A DNA stretch of 32,000 bases. Source: Sneathiella chungangensis (GTDB lineage Bacteria > Pseudomonadota > Alphaproteobacteria > Sneathiellales > Sneathiellaceae). The notes beneath the pieces were generated by a model. That model ran no database searches, was not told the origin of the DNA, and saw nothing but the letters and a program-made list of their open reading frames with translations. Made by a program: the position numbers and the translations under genes. Below, in pieces: positions 19,782 to 29,403 of the stretch. The stretch is from assembly GCF_009882935.1 (NCBI RefSeq), contig NZ_WTVA01000015.1, positions 597,108-629,107 of the forward strand. The letters run 5' to 3'. Each line of letters starts with the position of its first letter. Within the stretch, counting starts at the first letter, position 1.

Positions 19782-19809
19782 TTGGCTTTGGCGGCATCTC
19801 GTCTATTAT
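19782..19809 (+). promoter_or_regulatory. Sigma70-type promoter candidate for the rimP-nusA-infB operon
   Basis: TTGGCT (19782-19787), a 16-nt spacer, then TATTAT (19804-19809). It lies between the trmB stop and the conserved RimP core. Confidence 0.4.
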
Positions 19810-19890
19810 ATGTCGCATACATACTGTTCGCTCACCGTCAGGATGAGCTTTGGAACGGTGGGCCTCTGGTCCGCTGTTTTTTTATGTTTA

Positions 19891-20397
19891 GTGTTGAAGA
19901 CGAGAAGAACCCTGAACGCGATCGAAAAAATTGAGAAGCTTATCACGCCGTCCCTCAATGATATGGGGTATGAACTCGTGCGTGTCCGCCTCACCGGAAG
20001 CGACAGGAAAGTGCTTCAGATAATGGCCGAAAAGCCCGATGGAACGATGACCATCGCCGGCTGCACGGAAGTAAGCGAGATGGTTTCGGCGCTCCTGGAT
20101 GTCGAAGATCCGATACAGGGAGCATATGAACTCGAGGTTTCGTCTCCCGGGATTGACCGGCCGTTGACGCGGCCGAAGGATTTCGAGCGCTGGGCCGGAT
20201 TTGAAGCGAAAGTGGAATTGGAGCAGGCTGTTGAAGGCCAACGCCGATATCGCGGGAAGCTGTTGGGCCTGAAGGACGAACTGGTCCTGATGCAGGCAGA
20301 CGACGGCGGCCGGCTTGAACTGCCTTTTTCGGAAGTGAGAAAGGCAAAATTGATTTTGACAGACGAACTTATCGCGGCAAGCATGCGTCGCGCCTAG
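19891..20397 (+). CDS. rimP: Ribosome maturation factor RimP
   Basis: The conserved core begins at IEKLITPSLNDMGYELVRV...EVSSPGIDRPL. The start is uncertain. GTG 19891 or TTG 19894 give the usual length, and the upstream in-frame ATGs (19747, 19843) add a rare-codon, W/C/Y-rich extension. Confidence 0.8.
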   Translation: MLKTRRTLNAIEKIEKLITPSLNDMGYELVRVRLTGSDRKVLQIMAEKPDGTMTIAGCTEVSEMVSALLDVEDPIQGAYELEVSSPGIDRPLTRPKDFERWAGFEAKVELEQAVEGQRRYRGKLLGLKDELVLMQADDGGRLELPFSEVRKAKLILTDELIAASMRRA

Positions 20398-20432
20398 GTT
20401 CACAGACATGTTTTTTGGACGGACATTTGGTC

Positions 20433-22007
20433 ATGGAAAATGCAGCTAGTTTAAACCGCCTTGAATTGTTGCAGGTCGCCGACGCAGTCGCCCGGGAAAA
20501 GGTCATTGACCGCGACATCGTTCTCGAAGCGATGGAAGAGGCAATTCAGAAAGCCGCCCGGGCCAAATACGGGCATGAAAATGATATTCGTGCCAATATT
20601 GATCGCGGTACCGGCGAAATCCGCTTGGCCCGAGTGCGCGAAGTGGTGGAAGAGGTCGACAATGAAGCGACGCAGATTTCCGTCGCCGGGGCACAGCGCG
20701 AGAAAGAGGGCGCCGTTGTCGGTGACCTGCTGATCGATCCGCTGCCGCCAATTGACTTCGGGCGCATCGCCGCGCAGACGGCCAAGCAGGTGATTGTCCA
20801 GAAAGTGCGCGAAGCGGAACGCGAACGGCAATATCACGAATATAAGGACCGCGTCGGCGAAATCGTCAATGGTATCGTCAAACGGGTCGAATATGGCAAC
20901 GTGACCGTTGATCTGGGCAAGGCCGATGCCGTGGTCCGCCGCGATGAGATGCTGCCCCGTGAAACTTTCCGGCAGGGTGATCGCATCCGCGCCTATATTT
21001 ACGACGTGCGGCAGGAGCCCCGCGGACCGCAGATTTTCCTCTCGCGCAGCCATCCGCAATTTATGGCGAAGCTGTTCGGCCAGGAAGTGCCGGAAATCTA
21101 CGATGGCATTATCGAAGTGAAGGCGGTTGCCCGCGACCCCGGAAGCCGGGCGAAAATCGCCGTCATTTCCAACGATCCCAGCATCGATCCGGTCGGTGCC
21201 TGCGTGGGCATGCGCGGATCGCGCGTTCAGGCTGTGGTCAATGAATTGCAGGGCGAGAAAATCGACATTATTCAATGGTCCCCCGATCAGGCCAGCTTTA
21301 TCGTCAACGCCTTGGCCCCGGCGGAAGTCGCCAAGGTGGTGCTTGACGAGGATGCCAACCGGATCGAGGTCGTTGTGCCGGATGATCAGCTCTCTCTCGC
21401 CATCGGCCGCCGCGGACAGAATGTCCGTCTGGCATCGCAACTCTCCGGCTGGGATATTGATATCCTGACCGAGGAGGAGGAAAGCAACCGCCGACAGGCC
21501 GAGTTTGCGGAACGCACGCAAAACTTCATGACGGCCCTTGATGTTGACGAGACGATTGCCCAATTATTGGCCTCGGAAGGATTTACTTCCGTTGAGGACA
21601 TCACCTATTCGGATGTCAGCGAAATTGCCGAGATCGAAGGGTTTGACGATGAGATCGCGGCGGAGCTGCATAGGCGGGCGCAGGAATATGTCGAGCTGAC
21701 GAATTCCGAGCTGGAAGCCAAGCGTCAGGAAATGGGCGTCAGCGACGATATCGTCAACCTGCAGCTTTTGACCCCTGCCATGATTGTTGCCCTTGGTGAG
21801 GCTGGCGTAAAAGAGCTTGATGATCTCGCGGACCTCTCTGGCGACGAACTGATAAGCCCGGAAGACGGGATTTTGCGCGAATTTGGACTGACGGCAGACG
21901 AAGCCAACCAGATCGTCATGGCCGCACGGGCGCATTGGTTTGACGACGAAGAGCCGGAAACCGATACTGCAGATGCAGCAAATGAGGAAGAAATTCCGGC
22001 CGGCTGA
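20433..22007 (+). CDS. nusA: Transcription termination/antitermination factor NusA
   Basis: S1 and KH domains are present (GDRIRAYIYDV..., DPVGACVGMRGSRVQ, LAIGRRGQNVRLAS), plus C-terminal acidic HhH repeats. ATG 20433 is preferred over TTG 20415. Confidence 0.95.
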   Translation: MENAASLNRLELLQVADAVAREKVIDRDIVLEAMEEAIQKAARAKYGHENDIRANIDRGTGEIRLARVREVVEEVDNEATQISVAGAQREKEGAVVGDLLIDPLPPIDFGRIAAQTAKQVIVQKVREAERERQYHEYKDRVGEIVNGIVKRVEYGNVTVDLGKADAVVRRDEMLPRETFRQGDRIRAYIYDVRQEPRGPQIFLSRSHPQFMAKLFGQEVPEIYDGIIEVKAVARDPGSRAKIAVISNDPSIDPVGACVGMRGSRVQAVVNELQGEKIDIIQWSPDQASFIVNALAPAEVAKVVLDEDANRIEVVVPDDQLSLAIGRRGQNVRLASQLSGWDIDILTEEEESNRRQAEFAERTQNFMTALDVDETIAQLLASEGFTSVEDITYSDVSEIAEIEGFDDEIAAELHRRAQEYVELTNSELEAKRQEMGVSDDIVNLQLLTPAMIVALGEAGVKELDDLADLSGDELISPEDGILREFGLTADEANQIVMAARAHWFDDEEPETDTADAANEEEIPAG

Positions 22008-22029
22008 GACGGCAAGCGGAGAAGTAGAC

Positions 22030-22599
22030 TTGAGTGATCCGCAGCGGCGGTGTATAGCCACTGGACAGATATGCGAAAAAGACGCGCTTCTTCGCTTTGC
22101 GGTATCGCCGGATGGTATGCTGGTCCATGATATCAGGATGGATCTGCCGGGGCGCGGTATCTGGGTGAGCTGCAATGCAGACGCTGTCGAACTCGCTGTC
22201 AAAAAGCGGCTATTCGCGAAGTCGGCGAAACAGGCGGTCAAGGTGCCGGAAGATCTGGTCGGGACAATTGACCAGGCATTGACGAGACAAAGCCTGGCGC
22301 TTTTGGGGCTGGGGCGAAAGGGCGGACTGGTAACGGTCGGCTTTGCGAAGGTTGAAAAGGCGCTGAAATCGGGCAAGGTGGCGCTGTTGATCGCCGCCTC
22401 GGATGGCGCGGAAGACGGACGGCAGAAACTTCGGCGAATTGCCGGGTCGCTGCCGTTGATAGATACGTTCAGCGGCGCTGAACTCAGTCAGGCGTTAGGC
22501 AAGGAGAATGTTGTCCATGCCTGTCTGGGGAGAGGCGCGTTGACGACAAAAATTATGGCGGCGGCTTCCCGATTGGCAAAATTCAGGGGCCGGGGCTGA
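22030..22599 (+). CDS. YlxR (DUF448)-type RNA-binding protein with C-terminal L7Ae-like domain
   Basis: RRCIATGQ...LLRF...PGRGIWV is the DUF448 signature. The C-terminal GLGRKGGLVTVGFAKVEKALKSGKVALLIAASD is L7Ae-like. The start is ambiguous: TTG 22030 (GGAGA, 7-nt spacer) avoids overlap with nusA, while ATGs at 21940, 21973 and 21982 would overlap it. Confidence 0.75.
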   Translation: MSDPQRRCIATGQICEKDALLRFAVSPDGMLVHDIRMDLPGRGIWVSCNADAVELAVKKRLFAKSAKQAVKVPEDLVGTIDQALTRQSLALLGLGRKGGLVTVGFAKVEKALKSGKVALLIAASDGAEDGRQKLRRIAGSLPLIDTFSGAELSQALGKENVVHACLGRGALTTKIMAAASRLAKFRGRG

Positions 22600-22626
22600 T
22601 TAAAATACCGAAGTGTCGGAGTAAGA

Positions 22627-25320
22627 ATGACTGAGACAAATGACAAGGATGGGCGTAAATCGCTTAGCCTGAACAAACCGTTAGAAGCGAAAAAGACCGC
22701 TGGCGGCAATAGTCAGGTCCGTCAGAGTTTTACCCATGGTCGCTCCAAGACCGTGCAGGTCGAGGTGCGCAAAAAGCGCGGCACGCTGGGTCTGGGTGCT
22801 CAGAAGCCGGCAGCGGCGAAACCGTCGACGGCGGCGGACGCAACGGCGAAGAAAACGCTTCACGTGGCGAAGCCCGTTGCGAGTAAGGGCAAGCCCGCCG
22901 AGGCGCCGAAGTCAGCGGATGCAAAAGAGGCGGCGGATTACCTGACAAGCGACGAGAAGGCTGCGCGGGCCGCTGCCCTTGCCGGGGCGCGTGAACAGTC
23001 TTTGAGAGAGGCCGCGGAACGCAAGGCGCGTGAAGAGGCACGAGCGAAAGAAGAACAGCAAAAATCGGCGGAACAGCCGAAAGAGGAAGCCGCCGCCGAC
23101 GCGCCGGCAAAAGCCGAGGAAGCTCCGGCGAAACCGAAACGCCGCTCTCCCGAAGAGCGCCGACGGGCGGAAGAGGAAGAAGCACGCCGTCTGCTGGAAG
23201 AGGCGAACGCGACCAAGAATGCCCAGGTGGCCGAACATCGCGAAAAGGTAAAATCGACCGAGCGCGAGGAAGAACTTCGCCGCGAAGCGAAAGGCGCACC
23301 GGTGCGTCATTTCCGTACTGTCGAAGAGGATGCTCGGGGCGGCGATGACACCGCCGGCGGACGCAAGAAGGTGCCGAAGCATGCCCGGGCCGCCGAAGAA
23401 CGGTTCGCGCCGGTACGTAAACCGGATGAGCCGCGCCGGAGATCCGGGCGCCTCACCATAGGGGAAGCACTGGATGATCGCGGCCCGAAACAGCGGTCCC
23501 TGGCCTCCATCAGGCGCGCCCGCAAGAAACAGCAACAGATAAGCGAACCGCCACAGAAAATTTTCCGCGAAGTGACGATCCCGGAAGTTATTTCCGTTCA
23601 GGATTTGGCGAGCCGCATGTCGGAACGTTCCGTCGATGTCATCAAAGCGTTGATGAAACTAGGCATCATGGCGACGGCTAATCAAACCATCGACGCGGAT
23701 ACGGCGGAACTGGTGGTGGATGAACTTGGTCATAAAGCAAGGCGGGTCGCTGCATCCGACGTCGAGATCGGCCTTGGCGGCGAGGAAGAGGATGCGCCAG
23801 AGGATCTTGTGCCTCGCGCGCCCGTTGTTGCCGTCATGGGTCACGTCGACCACGGCAAGACGTCGCTGCTGGACGCCCTTCGCAAGTCGGACGTTGTGTC
23901 CGGCGAAGCCGGCGGCATTACCCAGCATATCGGCGCCTATCAGGTTAAGCTCGCTTCCGGCGAAATGATTACGTTTCTCGATACGCCGGGCCATGAGGCC
24001 TTCACGGCAATGCGGATGCGCGGCGCACAGGTGACCGATATCGTGATTCTGGTGGTTGCCGCCGATGACAGCGTCATGCCGCAAACCATCGAGGCCATCA
24101 AACACGCGAAGGCGGCGGAAGTGCCGATTATTGTCGCAATCAACAAATGCGACAAGCCGGCGGCGGATCCCAGCAAGGTGCGTCAGGAACTTCTGCAGCA
24201 TGAAATTTTTGTCGAGGACATGGGCGGCGACGTGCTGGACGTGGAAGTGTCGGCAAAAACCGGCGCCGGGCTCGACAAACTGCAGGAAGCCATTCTTCTT
24301 CAGGCGGAATTGCTGGAACTGAAGGCAAATCCCAACCGGTCCGCGCATGGGACAGTCGTTGAAGCGAAGCTGGAAACCGGCCGCGGGATGGTCGGTACGG
24401 TTCTCGTCAACCGGGGCACCCTGCATGTCGGCGACTTTTTCGTTATGGGGCCGGCAATGGGCAAGGTACGTGCCCTTCTCGACTATCGCGGGCAGAATGT
24501 CGAGGAAGCGGGGCCGTCCGTTCCCGTCGAGGTTCTCGGCATTCAGGGCACACCGACGGCAGGCGACGATTTTGTCGTAACGGAAACGGAAAGCCAGGCG
24601 AAGGAAATTGCCAGCTACCGCCAGCGCCTTGACAAGGACAAGAAGGTCACCGCCACCGCGCGCGGCACGATTGAGCAGATGTTCAGTGCCATCAAGGAAG
24701 GTACGGTGGACGAGCTTCCGGTTGTCATCAAGGCGGACGTACAGGGTTCGGCAGAGGCGATTACCAACGCTCTTGAAAACCTCGGGACGAATGAGGTTGC
24801 CGTCAAGATCCTGTTCTCCGGCGTCGGCGGCATTACGGAATCCGACGTATCGCTGGCCGCGGCATCGCGCGCGATCGTCATTGCCTTCAATACCCGGGCG
24901 AATAAACAGGCACGGGAGGAAGCGGAGCATCAAGGCGTCGATATTCAGTATTATTCGGTGATCTACAATGTCATCGACGATATGAAGGCGATGCTGTCCG
25001 GTATGCTGGCGCCGACATTGCGGGAGAATTTCCTGGGCTATGCGGAAATCCGCGAGGTATTCAATATTTCGAAGGTCGGCAAAATTGCAGGCTGTATGGT
25101 CACCGAAGGCAACGTCAAGCGCGGCGCGAAAGTCCGTCTCTTGCGGGATGACGTCGTGATCCATGAAGGAACGCTCTCTACCCTCAAACGGTTCAAGGAT
25201 GAGGTGAAGGAGGTTAAATCCGGAATGGAATGCGGAATGGCGTTCGAGAATTACCACGACCTGCAAGTCGGCGATTTCATCGAATGTTTCGAGGTTGAGG
25301 AGGTGGCCCGCGCGCTTTAG
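22627..25320 (+). CDS. infB: Translation initiation factor IF-2
   Basis: Has a K/E/A-rich N-terminal region, a GTPase domain ([26 protein letters not shown]) and C-terminal domains. SD GGAG lies 5 nt upstream. Confidence 0.97.
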   Translation: MTETNDKDGRKSLSLNKPLEAKKTAGGNSQVRQSFTHGRSKTVQVEVRKKRGTLGLGAQKPAAAKPSTAADATAKKTLHVAKPVASKGKPAEAPKSADAKEAADYLTSDEKAARAAALAGAREQSLREAAERKAREEARAKEEQQKSAEQPKEEAAADAPAKAEEAPAKPKRRSPEERRRAEEEEARRLLEEANATKNAQVAEHREKVKSTEREEELRREAKGAPVRHFRTVEEDARGGDDTAGGRKKVPKHARAAEERFAPVRKPDEPRRRSGRLTIGEALDDRGPKQRSLASIRRARKKQQQISEPPQKIFREVTIPEVISVQDLASRMSERSVDVIKALMKLGIMATANQTIDADTAELVVDELGHKARRVAASDVEIGLGGEEEDAPEDLVPRAPVVAVMGHVDHGKTSLLDALRKSDVVSGEAGGITQHIGAYQVKLASGEMITFLDTPGHEAFTAMRMRGAQVTDIVILVVAADDSVMPQTIEAIKHAKAAEVPIIVAINKCDKPAADPSKVRQELLQHEIFVEDMGGDVLDVEVSAKTGAGLDKLQEAILLQAELLELKANPNRSAHGTVVEAKLETGRGMVGTVLVNRGTLHVGDFFVMGPAMGKVRALLDYRGQNVEEAGPSVPVEVLGIQGTPTAGDDFVVTETESQAKEIASYRQRLDKDKKVTATARGTIEQMFSAIKEGTVDELPVVIKADVQGSAEAITNALENLGTNEVAVKILFSGVGGITESDVSLAAASRAIVIAFNTRANKQAREEAEHQGVDIQYYSVIYNVIDDMKAMLSGMLAPTLRENFLGYAEIREVFNISKVGKIAGCMVTEGNVKRGAKVRLLRDDVVIHEGTLSTLKRFKDEVKEVKSGMECGMAFENYHDLQVGDFIECFEVEEVARAL

Positions 25321-25365
25321 GGCCCGCCGGTCACGGAATCGCGTTCATTACGCGGGAGAGTTCCC

Positions 25366-25755
25366 ATGGCACATTCGAAACGAGGTCCGAGAACCGCGAG
25401 CAAGCGGCAATTGCGCGTGGGCGAGGAACTCCGCCATATTATCGCGGGGATCCTGTCGAAAGACTTGATCCATGATCCGGATGTTGCGGGCGTGTCCGTC
25501 ACTATTTCGGAAGTGAAGCCGAGCCCGGATATGCGGAACGCGACGGTTTATGTTACCTCGCTTGGCGGCGTCAACGAGGACGCGGTAATCGCCGGGCTTA
25601 ACCGGACTGCGGGCGTCATCCAAGGTGAAATGGGTCGTCACCTGACCATGAAATTCACGCCGAAGCTCGTGTTTAAAAAGGACGATTCCTTCGCCTATGG
25701 CAGTCACATCGACGCCCTGATCCGAAAAAACAGGCTGCCAGAAGAGCCGCAATAG
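25366..25755 (+). CDS. rbfA: Ribosome-binding factor A
   Basis: RVGEELRHIIAGIL...VTISEVKPSPDMRNATVYV is typical of RbfA. SD GGAGAG. Confidence 0.9.
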   Translation: MAHSKRGPRTASKRQLRVGEELRHIIAGILSKDLIHDPDVAGVSVTISEVKPSPDMRNATVYVTSLGGVNEDAVIAGLNRTAGVIQGEMGRHLTMKFTPKLVFKKDDSFAYGSHIDALIRKNRLPEEPQ

Positions 25756-25761
25756 CCGCAT

Positions 25762-26658
25762 ATGGCAAGAAAACGGCGCGGCATCCCCATCCATGGATGG
25801 CTCAATATCGACAAGGACGCGGGGCTGAGCTCGGCCCAGGTTGTCGGCCGCGTCAAACGCATCACCGACGCGGCGAAAGTCGGGCATGCGGGAACGCTGG
25901 ATCCTTTCGCGACCGGCGTCCTGCCGATTGCCCTTGGCGAAGCGACAAAGACGGTCGGTTATATCTTTGATGAAACAAAGGAATACCGTTTCACGGCCCG
26001 CTGGGGCGAGGCGCGCAATACCGATGACATAGAGGGTGAGATAGAAGCCACCTCCGAAGTCCGTCCCACCCGAGGAAATATCGACGCCATTCTCCCCGCA
26101 TTTACCGGAACCATCCGGCAGCGCCCACCCGCCTATTCCGCCATCAAGATCCGCGGTGAGCGTGCCTATAAACGGGCGCGGGCCGGGGAACAGCTTGATA
26201 TGCCCGAACGCGATGTCCATATCGAGTCGTTGAAACTTGTCGACATGCTCGATGATGATCACGCTGTCTTTGAGGTGATCTGCGGAAAAGGGACCTATAT
26301 TCGCTCGCTCGCCCGTGATATGGCCCTGAAACTTGGCACTGTTGCCCATTTGACAGCCCTTCGGCGCACTCGCGTAGGTCCATTTTCTGAAAAGGATGCG
26401 ATTTCGCTGGATAAGTTGGCCGAGCTGTGGCAGTGTCCCGCAGAATTTGAGGACTTGCTTCCCTTAACGACCGCGCTGGACGACATCCCGGCACTGGCCG
26501 CAACGGAAGAGCAGGCATGTCGCCTGCGTCACGGAAATGACGTGGCGGTTCCAAATCAGGCAGACGGCATCGTCTGCGCCATGGACGGAAACATCCCGAT
26601 CGGTATCGCGAAAATCGAGGCCGGGCGGCTGTATCCTGTTCGTATTTTTAATATTTAA
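25762..26658 (+). CDS. truB: tRNA pseudouridine(55) synthase
   Basis: The motif [23 protein letters not shown] contains the catalytic Asp. [11 protein letters not shown] is also present. Confidence 0.93.
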   Translation: MARKRRGIPIHGWLNIDKDAGLSSAQVVGRVKRITDAAKVGHAGTLDPFATGVLPIALGEATKTVGYIFDETKEYRFTARWGEARNTDDIEGEIEATSEVRPTRGNIDAILPAFTGTIRQRPPAYSAIKIRGERAYKRARAGEQLDMPERDVHIESLKLVDMLDDDHAVFEVICGKGTYIRSLARDMALKLGTVAHLTALRRTRVGPFSEKDAISLDKLAELWQCPAEFEDLLPLTTALDDIPALAATEEQACRLRHGNDVAVPNQADGIVCAMDGNIPIGIAKIEAGRLYPVRIFNI

Positions 26659-26672
26659 CTCAGGAGAACCCG

Positions 26673-26942
26673 ATGTCGATTACTGCAGAGCGTAAAGCAG
26701 AATTGATCAAAGAATATGCGACAAAGGACGGGGACACCGGCTCCCCGGAAGTACAGATTGCCATTTTGACTGAACGAATCAGCAATCTGACCGATCATTT
26801 CAAGGAACATAAAGGCGACGTGCATTCGCGCCGCGGACTGTTGAAAATGGTCAGCCGCCGCCGTCGTTTGCTCGACTATCTTCGGAAAGTCGAAGAAAAC
26901 CGTTATCAGGATACGATCAAGCGTCTTGGTATTCGTAAATAA
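26673..26942 (+). CDS. rpsO: 30S ribosomal protein S15
   Basis: 89 aa with [41 protein letters not shown] lies 5 nt upstream. Confidence 0.97.
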   Translation: MSITAERKAELIKEYATKDGDTGSPEVQIAILTERISNLTDHFKEHKGDVHSRRGLLKMVSRRRRLLDYLRKVEENRYQDTIKRLGIRK

Positions 26943-26983
26943 CAACAAGTTGCGCGGATCAAATAGCGGTCCGCAGAAGCCAC

Positions 26984-27030
26984 AAACGCCGGTGACTGTC
27001 TTGGGCCAGCCCCAATGCACATCGGCGTTT
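26984..27030 (+). promoter_or_regulatory. Long imperfect hairpin in the rpsO-pnp intergenic leader
   Basis: The outer stem AAACGCCG/CGGCGTTT is 8 bp. The inner stem TTGGG/CCCAA has a 5-nt loop, with further partial pairing between the two. A smaller hairpin lies at 26954-26974. The function (rpsO terminator or pnp leader processing site) rests only on analogy with E. coli. Confidence 0.4.
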
Positions 27031-27155
27031 GCCGCGTTTAGGAAGGTTCGCTTTTCGACAGCGCAAATATAGTAAAAAGAGAAAATGACTGAGGCATAGG
27101 GTCTCAGATTAGGGCAGGACGGCATGGGGCTGTTCCTGCGTTGGAAGGAAAAAAA

Positions 27156-29258
27156 ATGTTTGAAGTACATCGCAAGGAAGTGATGTGGGGCGGACGTCCG
27201 CTCATTATGGAAACCGGCAAGATTGCCCGTCAGGCGGACGGTGCTGTCATGATAACCTACGGTGGAACGCAGGTTCTCTGCACCGCCGTTGCCGAAAAAA
27301 CACCGAAGCCGGGATTGGATTTTTTCCCGCTGACCGTCAACTATCAGGAAAAAGCTTTTGCCGCCGGTAAAATTCCGGGCGGCTTTTTCAAGCGCGAAGG
27401 CCGTCCATCCGAAAAGGAAACGCTGACCTCGCGTCTTATCGACCGGCCGCTGCGCCCGTCTTTTGTCACCGGATTCAAAAACGAAACGCAGGTCATCTGC
27501 ACGGTTCTGGCTCATGATATGGAAAATGATCCGGACGTTGTTTCCCTCATCGGCGCATCCGCCGCATTGACGATTTCCGGTATTCCGTTTCTTGGTCCGG
27601 TGGGTGCAGCCCGCGTCGGATTTATCGATGGAAACTACGTGCTCAATCCGACTGCCTCGCAGATGGCGGATACCAAGCTCGACCTCATTATCGCCGGGAC
27701 ATCCGAAGCGGTCCTGATGATCGAGTCGGAAGCACATGAGCTCACCGAGGAAGAAATGCTGGGCGCCGTCATGTTCGGTCACCGGGAAACGCAGACGGTT
27801 ATCAATGCCATCATCGAGCTTGCCGAAGTCTGCGCGAAAGAGCCCTGGGACTTCAAGCCGGAAGAAACAGACAAGGATCTGGAAGCGAAGGTGAAAGCCG
27901 CCGCCGAGGGTGTCCTTTCCGACGCGTACAAGGAACAGGTCAAGCAGACCCGCGTTGAAAAAGTCACCGCCGCAAAAGACGCGGCGCTTGCGGAGCTTGA
28001 AGAAGACGAACGCGAAGCAGCCGCTGGCATCCTTAAAAAGATCGAGAAGAAGATCGTTCGCGGGAACATCATTGCAACCGGTGAACGCATCGACGGCCGT
28101 GATACCAAGACGGTTCGGCCGATCATCGCGGAAATCGGTTCCCTGCCGCGCAGCCATGGGTCCGCCCTCTTTACCCGCGGTGAAACCCAGGCCCTGGTCG
28201 TCGCCACACTCGGCACCGGCCAGGATGAGCAGATCGTCGATGCCCTTGAAGGCGAATATCGCGAAAACTTCATGCTGCATTACAATTTCCCGCCCTATTC
28301 GGTCGGCGAAGTTGGCCGCATTGGCTTTACCGGACGCCGGGAAGTCGGCCATGGCAAGCTTGCCTGGCGGGCAATTCATCCGCTTCTGCCAGCTAAGGAC
28401 AAGTTCCCCTATACGCTCCGCGTTGTCTCGGAAGTGACCGAATCCAACGGATCGTCTTCCATGGCGACCGTTTGTGGCACGTCGCTGGCGCTGATGGATG
28501 CCGGTGTTCCGCTTGAACGCCCGGTCGCCGGTATCGCCATGGGCCTGATCCTCGAAGAAGACGGCAAATTCGCCGTTCTGTCCGACATTCTCGGCGATGA
28601 GGATCATCTCGGTGACATGGACTTCAAGGTTGCGGGAACGGAAAAGGGTATTACGTCCCTGCAGATGGATATCAAGATTGCCGGCATTACCGAGGAAATC
28701 ATGCGCATCGCGCTGGCTCAGGCGACCGAAGGCCGTCTGCATATCCTCAAGGAAATGGGCAAGGCCATCGACAGCGCCCGTGACGGCGTTCGTGAAGGAG
28801 CCCCGCGGATTACGCAGTTGCAGGTCCATAAGGACAAGATCCGCGATATCATCGGCACGGGCGGTAAGGTCATTCGTGAAATCTGCGAAGTGACCGGCGC
28901 CAAGATCGACATCGAGGATGACGGCACTGTAAAGGTTGCGGCAACGACGGCGGAAAGCGCCGATGCGGCCATCAAATGGATCAAATCGATCGTTGATGAC
29001 CCTGAGGTCGGAGAAACCTATACAGGTAAAGTCGTGAAAGTCGTAGATTTCGGCGCGTTCGTGAATTTCTTCGGAAACCGCGACGGTCTGGTTCATATTT
29101 CGGAACTGGCACCGCAACGTGTCGCCAAAGTCACGGATATCGTCAACGAAGGCGATGAGGTCCGCGTCAAGGTTCTCGAAATCGACGGACGCGGCAAAGT
29201 CCGCCTGTCGATGAAAGCCGTTCTGGCGGATGAGGCGAAAACGGCAGCGCAGGAATAA
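27156..29258 (+). CDS. pnp: Polyribonucleotide nucleotidyltransferase (PNPase)
   Basis: Two RNase PH domains, a KH domain ([15 protein letters not shown]) and an S1 domain ([17 protein letters not shown]) are present. ATG 27156 with SD GGAAGGA is preferred over TTG 27141. Confidence 0.97.
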   Translation: MFEVHRKEVMWGGRPLIMETGKIARQADGAVMITYGGTQVLCTAVAEKTPKPGLDFFPLTVNYQEKAFAAGKIPGGFFKREGRPSEKETLTSRLIDRPLRPSFVTGFKNETQVICTVLAHDMENDPDVVSLIGASAALTISGIPFLGPVGAARVGFIDGNYVLNPTASQMADTKLDLIIAGTSEAVLMIESEAHELTEEEMLGAVMFGHRETQTVINAIIELAEVCAKEPWDFKPEETDKDLEAKVKAAAEGVLSDAYKEQVKQTRVEKVTAAKDAALAELEEDEREAAAGILKKIEKKIVRGNIIATGERIDGRDTKTVRPIIAEIGSLPRSHGSALFTRGETQALVVATLGTGQDEQIVDALEGEYRENFMLHYNFPPYSVGEVGRIGFTGRREVGHGKLAWRAIHPLLPAKDKFPYTLRVVSEVTESNGSSSMATVCGTSLALMDAGVPLERPVAGIAMGLILEEDGKFAVLSDILGDEDHLGDMDFKVAGTEKGITSLQMDIKIAGITEEIMRIALAQATEGRLHILKEMGKAIDSARDGVREGAPRITQLQVHKDKIRDIIGTGGKVIREICEVTGAKIDIEDDGTVKVAATTAESADAAIKWIKSIVDDPEVGETYTGKVVKVVDFGAFVNFFGNRDGLVHISELAPQRVAKVTDIVNEGDEVRVKVLEIDGRGKVRLSMKAVLADEAKTAAQE

Positions 29259-29285
29259 ACCCCAGCCTGACCGAGTATAAGAAAC

Positions 29286-29326
29286 GAGGGCGGCTCGGGC
29301 GAAATGGTCCGACCGCCCTCATTTGT
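29286..29326 (+). terminator. Terminator-like hairpin after pnp
   Basis: GAGGGCGG/CCGCCCTC (8 bp) plus the inner pairs TCGG(G)/(T)CCGA gives a stem of about 13 bp with one bulge. The following ATTTGT is only a short T tract. Confidence 0.45.
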
Positions 29327-29403
29327 AATGTCTCTTGATGCTTGGGCTGCCATGCTCTAAGTGTTAGGTTAGTACTTAGGTATGTAGCCATGGGAATGAT
29401 TTC

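Noticed and set aside
20451-21563. Many long antisense ORFs lie opposite real genes. Examples are 2885-3910(-), 6004-6672(+), 6690-7568(+), 11785-12630(-), 13089-13880(-), 18076-18654(-), 20451-21563(-), 23659-25266(-), 25348-26349(-) and 29413-30369(-).
   Set aside because: For nine of these ten I checked the arithmetic, and the antisense codons sit exactly opposite the sense codons (for example 21561-20433 = 3x376, 25264-22627 = 3x879, 12628-11731 = 3x299). Such a frame is stop-free whenever the sense gene avoids TTA, CTA and TCA. I did not do this check for 18076-18654(-). The translations of all ten are R/G/F/D-rich with no recognisable motifs, while the sense strands carry unmistakable conserved proteins. 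These are shadow ORFs, not genes.
21940-22029. Upstream ATG starts (21940, 21973, 21982) for the ylxR-like gene, overlapping up to 68 nt of nusA.
   Set aside because: The added residues (MTTKSRKPILQMQQMRKKF...) precede the conserved RRCIATG core by far more than usual. TTG 22030 has a GGAGA SD and no overlap. This remains uncertain rather than excluded.
22900-23300. Low-complexity, repetitive-looking K/E/A/R-rich coding stretch that could be mistaken for a tandem repeat or a separate element.
   Set aside because: It is the normal charged N-terminal linker of IF-2, continuous in frame with the GTPase domain. I found no exact nucleotide tandem repeat.
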